Source of the DNA: Candidatus Latescibacterota bacterium
Lineage (GTDB): Bacteria > Latescibacterota > UBA2968 > UBA8231
Assembly (NCBI GenBank): GCA_965208105.1
Contig: OZ242318.1
Span: forward strand, 192,001-256,000
Length of the DNA: 64,000 nucleotides
Direction: 5' to 3'
The notes under the pieces are model-generated. The model worked only from the letters and a program-made list of their open reading frames with translations. It was not told the origin of the DNA and made no database searches. Both the position numbers and the translations under genes were made by a program. How positions within the stretch are numbered: the first letter of the stretch is position 1; the number at the start of each line of letters is the position of its first letter. Positions 57,850 to 64,000 of the stretch are shown piece after piece.

Positions 57850-58932
57850 TCAAGGCAGCCACTTCTCGTAGAATCTCTGCCAGTTGCGGTACATGACGTT
57901 CGCGGCGTCGTCCTCGCTGTAGCCGCGGTCCAGCAGAATGGGGGCCACCTTCTGGTAGTCCGCCACCGTGTCCACCTCCCAGGGCGCGCCCTCGACACCC
58001 CCCTGCCCGTCGGTGTCGCCGCCGATGGCGGCGTGGAGCGAGTTTCCGGCCAGCTGGCAGACGTGGTCGATGTGATCGGCGAGATGGCCCAGGGTGACGT
58101 CCTCGCGCCGGAAGTGATCGCGCCGCGAAAATCCGCCGGAATTCGACCAGTCGAGCACACCACCGGGATGGATCATCCAGGTATCCATGGAGGCCCCGAT
58201 GACCCCGCCGCGCTCGATGACGGCGCCGAGCTGCTCGTCGCTGAACTGGCGCACTCCGGGGGCCAGCGCGCGGCAGTTCTGATGGCTCGCCAGCACCGGT
58301 CCGGAGTAGATCTCCAGGGCTTCCCAGAAGCTCTCGTCGGAGGCGTGGGTCAGGTCGAGCAGCATGCCGCAGCTTTCCATCTCCTTGAGCAGGCCGGCGG
58401 CCGGTTCCTTCAGTCCGCCTTCGGTGCCGGTGCCCCAGGCGTAGGTGCTGGGTCCGTAGTGGGTCAGGCTGACCACCCGCACCCCGTCGTCCCACCACTC
58501 GTGCACCTGATCCGGCCAGAGAATGGGGTCTGCGCCCTCCATCCCGAGGATGAAGCCCACGGGCAGGGCTTCGGCGTCGTTTTCCCCTTCCCACCGGTCC
58601 ATGTGCCGGGACAGGTCCTGCCCGGTCGTCAGGATGGCGGCTTCCCCGCGCCGCGCCAGCACGTGGTAGTAGGCCACCTGCCCCTTGGCCGCCCCGTAGG
58701 CGGCCTCGCCGCCGCGGTACCCGGAGGCGACACTGTCCCGGCGCAGTCGGCGCACGGTGAATTTCACCAGCGCCGCGGCGATCCGGGCGCGGCGCAGCTC
58801 GGGCAGGGAGGCCATGGCAACCACCTCGGCATCCCCCCCGGCGGCGCGCACCTTCTCCAGGGGCAAGGTGAGGTCGCGGTTGATCTCCATGGCGCCGAAG
58901 GCCATGGGATAGTCGCCGTCGAAAATGAGCAT
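57850..58932 (-). CDS. Membrane dipeptidase (peptidase M19) family protein
   Basis: MEGAD, LDLTHASD, ASHQNCRAL, RQFSDEQL, DHIDHVCQLAG, IGGDTDG. Confidence 0.88.
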   Translation of the reverse strand: MLIFDGDYPMAFGAMEINRDLTLPLEKVRAAGGDAEVVAMASLPELRRARIAAALVKFTVRRLRRDSVASGYRGGEAAYGAAKGQVAYYHVLARRGEAAILTTGQDLSRHMDRWEGENDAEALPVGFILGMEGADPILWPDQVHEWWDDGVRVVSLTHYGPSTYAWGTGTEGGLKEPAAGLLKEMESCGMLLDLTHASDESFWEALEIYSGPVLASHQNCRALAPGVRQFSDEQLGAVIERGGVIGASMDTWMIHPGGVLDWSNSGGFSRRDHFRREDVTLGHLADHIDHVCQLAGNSLHAAIGGDTDGQGGVEGAPWEVDTVADYQKVAPILLDRGYSEDDAANVMYRNWQRFYEKWLP

Positions 58933-58962
58933 GATGGTCAGTCCTTTCTCTCCGCCGCTAAC

Positions 58963-60471
58963 TTACCAGTACTGCTGTGCCCAGTGGGTCATGCGCTGGT
59001 CCTCGTGGCGCATGCGCCAGCGCAGCAGTTTCTGGCAGTAGCGCGCCACGGTGGCGGCATATTCAGGTTTGCCGGCCAGATCATCGAATTCCCCCGGGTC
59101 GGCGCGGAGGTCGAAGAGCAGGGGCGCCATGGTGGGGTCGGCGAACTGCACGTACTTGAAGCACCGGTCCCGCACCACCCAGAGCAGGTGCTCGTCAGGG
59201 TCGGTCTCCCCGGGCCGGCGCAGGGCTTTCTGGCGATAGTCGAACTCGTGGAAAACCTCGGGCTTGGGCACGTAGCCGGGATCGCCCCGCAGCAGTCCCA
59301 GCAGACTGCGGCCCTGGAAGCGGTCGGGAATGTCGACCCCTAGCCAATCCAGGATCGTGGGGGCCGAATCGATGGATTCGACGAAATGGTCCAGGCGCTG
59401 TCCGCGCGTGCCTTCAGCCTCGGCGAGAGGATCGCGCACGATGCAGGGAATTCGCAGGGCCCCGTCGTAGAAATGGCCCTTTCCGAAAAGGTAGTGATCT
59501 CCAAGGTACTCGCCGTGGTCGGAGGTGAAGATTATCAGGGTGTTGTCCCACTGCTCCGTCTCCCGCAGCGCCTGGAAAAGGAGCCCGATGTTGTCGTCCA
59601 CCTCGCTGATCATGCCGTAGTAGATGGCCGCCATCTCGCGCCGATGCTTCTCGTTCTGCAGCTGCGGTTGGTCGCCTTTCTCCCATTGCCGCTGCCAGTA
59701 GGGATGAGAGGGATCGAGCTCCTGGGGCCTGCGGGTGGCGGCGGGCAGGGAGGCCGGGTCGTAGAGGCGGTGGTATGGGGGGCAGCAGATATGCGGCGAG
59801 TGGGGCTTGATGTAGTTGAGGCTCAGTACCCAGCCTCTGCCTCCTTGTCCCCCCCTTTCCGCCTCGATGTACTCGATGGCCCTCTCGGTCAGGAAACGGC
59901 ACTCGCTGTCCTCCCTGGGGTATTTGGCGGGGTAGTAAATCTCCAGATGGTCTCCCGGTCCGTCGGCGGGGACGTCGGGGGAGTGAATGGCGTCGAATTT
60001 GAGGAGCTCTTCGTCGTAGCCCTTCTGCCGCAGCGACTCGAAGTACTCCTCGCTGTCGTACTCGTGGTAGAGAACGCGCTCGAATCCCGGCAGCACGTTG
60101 GCGTAGTGAAGGGAAGTCTTGCGCGGGTCTCCGGGGGCGAGAAGGGCAGGGTCCACGGCGTAGTCGTTGTAGCCGATCAGGCCGGGACGGTAGCCTTCCC
60201 GGCTCAGGGCGAAGCCGAAGTTGTCCTCGGCGTCTAGCAGGGGGGTGCAGTTTTGCGGGGAGCGGGTGGAGCACATGTAGCGCCCGGTGTAGATGCACAT
60301 GCGGCTGGGGCCGCAGGGAGCGGACTGGTTGAAGCATGAGGTGAAGGTGGTCCCGGAGGCCGCCAGCCGGTCCAGGTTGGGGGTCTTGATCACCTCGTTG
60401 CCGTTGCAGCCGAGGCAGTCGGCGCGAAACTGGTCGGCGATGATGAACAGCACGTTCAACGGTTTTGCCAT
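58963..60471 (-). CDS. Sulfatase family (phosphonate monoester hydrolase-like)
   Basis: NVLFIIADQFR, TPNLD, CGPSR (CxPxR), KPHSP, TSDHGE. Confidence 0.9.
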   Translation of the reverse strand: MAKPLNVLFIIADQFRADCLGCNGNEVIKTPNLDRLAASGTTFTSCFNQSAPCGPSRMCIYTGRYMCSTRSPQNCTPLLDAEDNFGFALSREGYRPGLIGYNDYAVDPALLAPGDPRKTSLHYANVLPGFERVLYHEYDSEEYFESLRQKGYDEELLKFDAIHSPDVPADGPGDHLEIYYPAKYPREDSECRFLTERAIEYIEAERGGQGGRGWVLSLNYIKPHSPHICCPPYHRLYDPASLPAATRRPQELDPSHPYWQRQWEKGDQPQLQNEKHRREMAAIYYGMISEVDDNIGLLFQALRETEQWDNTLIIFTSDHGEYLGDHYLFGKGHFYDGALRIPCIVRDPLAEAEGTRGQRLDHFVESIDSAPTILDWLGVDIPDRFQGRSLLGLLRGDPGYVPKPEVFHEFDYRQKALRRPGETDPDEHLLWVVRDRCFKYVQFADPTMAPLLFDLRADPGEFDDLAGKPEYAATVARYCQKLLRWRMRHEDQRMTHWAQQYW

Positions 60472-60492
60472 GGGAACAGCTCCGTCCGGTCC

Positions 60493-61260
60493 TTATTCCT
60501 GTGACTTGCGCCAGAAGCTCTCCAGCCGGTGCCGGGGATTCCAGCCCAGCAGGCGCCTGGTCTTCTCGTTGGAGAATTTGCGGTGGGGAATATCGGTCGA
60601 GACGTTGAATGCTTCGCACCGGGAGGGCAGGGTTTCGAGGTCGACCTCCAGGGCGCAGCGGATCGCCTCGGCCGCGTCCGACCAGGTGACCATGAACGGA
60701 GCATAGTCCTCCGGGTGGTCCCCCGGATCGAAGAAATTATAGAACAGCAGCCAGATGAGATAGACGTCGTGGTGTTCGGTGAATACGCGGCTCAGCTCCA
60801 GCCCCAGCGCCTTGGTGAAGGGATACATCTCGATGCCCGGATGGGGCGGCAGGTCGGGATGGATGTCGTAGTCGAAGCGCTCGTAGTCGCGGCCCTGGAC
60901 GGTGAAATGGGGGCCGCTGCCGATGACCCTGCGGATACCGTGCTCCACCGCCGCCGCCATGATGTTGTGGGAGCCCAGGACGTTGACGTCGAAGGACTTT
61001 CTGCGGTGGTCGCGCAGCACCGAAAGATTGACGATGGCGTCCATCCCCTCGGCGGCGGCCATGACCTGCCCCGGGACGCTCACGTCCACCTCGTGGTACT
61101 GGTGGCGGTCCTGGGTCTGGTCCGGGCGGAAACCGGTCCGGTGGCCGAAAATCCCCTTGGGCCCGGCTATGTCGGCGAGTTTGAGCTCGTAGTGGCCCTC
61201 CAGGGCCCTGAGGGCGTGGGGCCCCAGCATGCCGTTGGCTCCCAGGATCAGCACCTTCAT
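60493..61260 (-). CDS. NAD-dependent epimerase/dehydratase family oxidoreductase
   Basis: GANGMLG, YPFTK. Confidence 0.85.
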   Translation of the reverse strand: MKVLILGANGMLGPHALRALEGHYELKLADIAGPKGIFGHRTGFRPDQTQDRHQYHEVDVSVPGQVMAAAEGMDAIVNLSVLRDHRRKSFDVNVLGSHNIMAAAVEHGIRRVIGSGPHFTVQGRDYERFDYDIHPDLPPHPGIEMYPFTKALGLELSRVFTEHHDVYLIWLLFYNFFDPGDHPEDYAPFMVTWSDAAEAIRCALEVDLETLPSRCEAFNVSTDIPHRKFSNEKTRRLLGWNPRHRLESFWRKSQE

Positions 61261-61982
61261 GGCGTTCGTCCGCCTCTGCCGGCGGGTTTGTAGCCCAGCT
61301 TCTTCCGCGCCGCGCGAATGGGAAAGCGGGCGCCGGGCAGGGCCGACTGGACGTGGAACAGGCCCCAGCTCGCCGAAGCCGGGGAAGATCCGCCTTTAGT
61401 TGCCTGGCCCCAGGTGTCCAGGTCGAGGGCTGCTTCCACCGCCTGCAGGGCGTCCTCCAGGTGCAGGGAGGAGGAGCTTGCCGGGGTCTGGCCGGGGCGG
61501 ACCAGATCACCCAGGCGCAGGCATGCGACCGCGATGCGTCCTTCCCGGGCGAACTCCCTGCAAACCAGTTCGCCCAGGTGGCAGCAGAGCACCTCGGGCT
61601 CGGTGCTGGGACAAGGTCTCCAGTGCTCGGTGACCTTCAGGTCTTCTCCGTACTGCGCCATCAGGGCCAGGGAGCTCAGGTATACCAGCAGGGGCACCTT
61701 TTCCTCGCTGGCGGCGTGGAGCAGGTTGTAGGTGCAGCGGGTGTGATAGTCAATCTGGCCGGCGGGGCTGGCGCCGGGGACCAGGCGGCCCCCGTGGATC
61801 AGCGCATCCATGCCGCGGACGAGATCCCTGGTGCCGCTGCCGTGGTCCAGGTCGCTGCGGACGAATTCAAGCTCGGTGGAAACGGGGGCGCGGTCGGTGA
61901 GGCGGACCTGGTGGCTGTCCTTCAAGGAATCGGCCAAGTCCTGGGAAAGGTCGAGGCAGGCGCCCGTGATCAGAATGTTCAA
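61257..61982 (-). CDS. Epimerase/dehydratase-fold protein with degenerate cofactor and catalytic motifs
   Basis: MNILITGACLDL, GMDALIH, TYNLL, VYLSS, ARKKLGYKP; ATGA overlap with the next gene. Confidence 0.7.
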   Translation of the reverse strand: MNILITGACLDLSQDLADSLKDSHQVRLTDRAPVSTELEFVRSDLDHGSGTRDLVRGMDALIHGGRLVPGASPAGQIDYHTRCTYNLLHAASEEKVPLLVYLSSLALMAQYGEDLKVTEHWRPCPSTEPEVLCCHLGELVCREFAREGRIAVACLRLGDLVRPGQTPASSSSLHLEDALQAVEAALDLDTWGQATKGGSSPASASWGLFHVQSALPGARFPIRAARKKLGYKPAGRGGRTP

Positions 61983-62025
61983 ATGTCAGGTCTCCCGCGG
62001 TTTCCTCTCCGGAGGCTGCTCGAAG

Positions 62026-62192
62026 CCAGTGTCCCGTCGCAGAAACAGGTCGCCATTTTCCACCGATCCATCCCGGCTGACGGCGTTGCCTTCACTCTCC
62101 GTGCACGGCGGGTACGACTTGCTCAGGCGCCTTGTGAGCCTGGCGCCTCGGCGGCCCAATTGCGTCAACCTTTCGCTGCGACGGGACACCAG
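62026..62192 (+). mobile_element. MITE-like element, family A copy 3
   Basis: CCAGTGTCCCGTCGCAGAAA ... TTTCGCTGCGACGGGACACCAG with the same core. Confidence 0.85.
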
Positions 62193-62355
62193 GCGGCCAC
62201 AATATAGATTGCGGCAGGGTGCCCTGCAAGGCGGCAGGGGCCCATTGGCGCGGAATCCCCGGGCGGGAATCGTTTCTATTCTTTGCCGAGGCCGTGCCAA
62301 GGCGTATATTTGTCGTTTCGTCCAGACCGGAAACAGCCTTGGGGAGTAAATACAG

Positions 62356-63294
62356 ATGTCCACACGAGTGGTTTATTTCAACGGCGAGTTCGTACCCGAG
62401 CGCGATGCGCGCATATCGATCTTCGATTGCGCCCTGCTGTTCGGCGACATGGTCTTCGAGATGACCCGTACCTTCCGCCACAAGCCCTTTCGCCTGCGCC
62501 AGCATCTCGACCGGCTCTACGGGTCGCTGCGCTACGCCCGCATCGATTGCGGTCTCGACATCGATGCGATGGAGGCGGCGACCTTCGAGACGGTGGAGCG
62601 CAATCTGCCCGTTCTGGGCGATCTGGACTTTCTGATCATGCACAACGTCACCCGCGGGGCCCTGCACTACTATGACGGCCTGGTGCGCGAGGGCGTGGCG
62701 CCGGTGGTCACCATCAACATCTTTCCCCTGGTTCGGCATCTCGGAGCGGTGGCAGCGAGGTACGCCGAGGGCGCCCATTGTGTCGTCACTCCACAGCAGT
62801 CGGTGCCTTCCCGTTTCATCGACCCCAAGGCCAAGAACCGCAGCCGCATCTTCTATAAGCTCGCCGACCTGCAGGCCGAGCAGATGGAGCCGGGAGCCAT
62901 GCCGCTGTTGACCGACGAGCACGGCTTCCTCACCGAGGGGTCGGGCAACAACTTCTTCATGGTGAGGGACGGGGAAATAGTCACCCCCAAGGGGCACAAT
63001 ATTCTGCGTGGAGTCTCGCGGTCCGCCTGCATGGACCTGGCCGAAAAGCTGGGCCTGCCGCTGCGCGAGGCCGATATAGAGCCCTACGACGTGCGCGCCG
63101 CCGACGAGGCCTGGTGCACCAGCACCATCGTCTCCATGATCCCCGTATGCCGCTTCAACTTCCAGGAGGTGGGGAACGGAAGACCGGGTCCCGTCTACCG
63201 CCGCCTGCTCGGCGCCTGGTGCGAGGAGGTGGGGGTGGATATCCCGTCCCAGGCACTCCAGTACGCCTCCTGCATGGATAGCTGGACCCCCTGA
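62356..63294 (+). CDS. PLP-dependent aminotransferase class IV (IlvE/Dat-like)
   Basis: VYFNGEFV, GDMVFE, HLDRL, catalytic Lys in KAKNRSR, EGSGNN, ILRGVSR, ADEAW. Confidence 0.9.
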   Translation: MSTRVVYFNGEFVPERDARISIFDCALLFGDMVFEMTRTFRHKPFRLRQHLDRLYGSLRYARIDCGLDIDAMEAATFETVERNLPVLGDLDFLIMHNVTRGALHYYDGLVREGVAPVVTINIFPLVRHLGAVAARYAEGAHCVVTPQQSVPSRFIDPKAKNRSRIFYKLADLQAEQMEPGAMPLLTDEHGFLTEGSGNNFFMVRDGEIVTPKGHNILRGVSRSACMDLAEKLGLPLREADIEPYDVRAADEAWCTSTIVSMIPVCRFNFQEVGNGRPGPVYRRLLGAWCEEVGVDIPSQALQYASCMDSWTP

Positions 63295-63420
63295 GCAATG
63301 CCCGCCCGAGGCAGCCCAGGTTCCCCGCGGTCCTCTCCGGACAACCTGGCCGTCTATCCTGCCAGGGCGGTGGAAGGGAGCCTTGCGCCCTTCCGGCGCC
63401 AGGAGAAATTCCCCTGGATC

Positions 63421-63454
63421 CAAGCAGGTCGTTGAAAAAGTCCATCCGGGCTGC
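63421..63454 (+). repeat. Left-end fragment of family B element
   Basis: GCAGGTCGTTGAAAAAGTCCATCCGGGCTGC matches 43059-43090; ends where the next element begins. Confidence 0.75.
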
Positions 63455-63620
63455 TAGTGCCTGCTTGCGCAATTCCGCGTGAATTCGGCCGCCGCTGCAT
63501 CCCGGCTCGCGGCGTTGCCCTCCCTCGCCGTACACTCTAGGTACGACTCGCTCAGGCGCCTTGCGAGCCGGGCGCTTCTGCGCCCTCGTTCGTACGCATA
63601 ATTACGCAAGCAGGCACTAG
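63454..63620 (+). mobile_element. MITE-like element, family C (family A core with different terminal IRs, 167 bp)
   Basis: CTAGTGCCTGCTTGCG.AATT ... AATT.CGCAAGCAGGCACTAG; core CCCGGCTCGCGGCGTTGCC...GTAC..GTACGACTCGCTCAGGCGCCTTGCGAGCCGGGCGC. Confidence 0.85.
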
Positions 63621-64000
63621 TGGGCGTAGTGGTTCTTGGGGTCGATCTCGCCGCAGCGTTCCCTGACGATTTCCTTGGTGTGGTTGTAGGGCGCCAGCTC
63701 GATCATTTCCAGGGTTTCGGGAGAGAGGCGGGCGCGGAGCTCACCTGAGAAGGGGGTGAGCGAGCTGGTCACCGCGTGCTGCACGTTGTAGCGCATGATG
63801 AGGAAGCGGCGGTCCCGGTCCCTCGGTTTCCAGTTGAGCACCCCGTGGATGAGGCGCTCGGAGATGATGATCACGTCGCCGGCGCGGGCGGGGAAGTTCT
63901 GCACGCCAAGGGGCACGAAGTCGGCCATGTAGCCCTCGTTGTCGTAGGTGCTCTGGTAGTACATGTCCTTGGGCAGCACGAAGTTGCTCTTGTGCGAGCC
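63617..64000 (-). CDS. PhyH-family dioxygenase, 3' part (runs off the window)
   Basis: GSHKSNF, AGDVIIISERLIHG, RDRRFLIMRY. Confidence 0.75.
   Translation of the reverse strand, partial: GSHKSNFVLPKDMYYQSTYDNEGYMADFVPLGVQNFPARAGDVIIISERLIHGVLNWKPRDRDRRFLIMRYNVQHAVTSSLTPFSGELRARLSPETLEMIELAPYNHTKEIVRERCGEIDPKNHYAH

Overview
High-GC bacterial chromosomal window with about 57 CDS, one tRNA-Asn(GTT), no CRISPR array, no transposase or integrase, and no rRNA. The short Bacteroidota-like RpoD sigma factor, three PhyH dioxygenases, a sulfatase and an FGE-fold protein suggest an FCB-group or Poribacteria/Latescibacterota-like organism; this is an inference. Housekeeping genes (rny, dxr, queD, proS, nadC, iscU, iscS, sodA) are mixed with many catabolic enzymes. 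Main highlights: (1) A non-canonical sigma54 phage-shock operon at 2.6-7.3 kb. It encodes PspA, a membrane-anchored winged-helix protein resembling ESCRT-II/VIA1-type domains, two small membrane proteins (one missed by the ORF track), a soluble TPR histidine kinase, and a PspF-type activator that has gained a receiver domain and lost the PspA-contact Trp. (2) A dispersed ~167-bp element in 8 copies or fragments. One covarying stem-loop core is carried by three different terminal inverted-repeat sets, and most copies overlap stop codons. (3) An archaeal-type pantoate kinase / phosphopantothenate synthetase pair. (4) An excisionase-type HTH protein with a QLSLF clamp-binding motif. (5) A candidate amidohydrolase-fold oxygenase with a Rieske ferredoxin. 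All family assignments come from motif recognition by eye; no searches were run.
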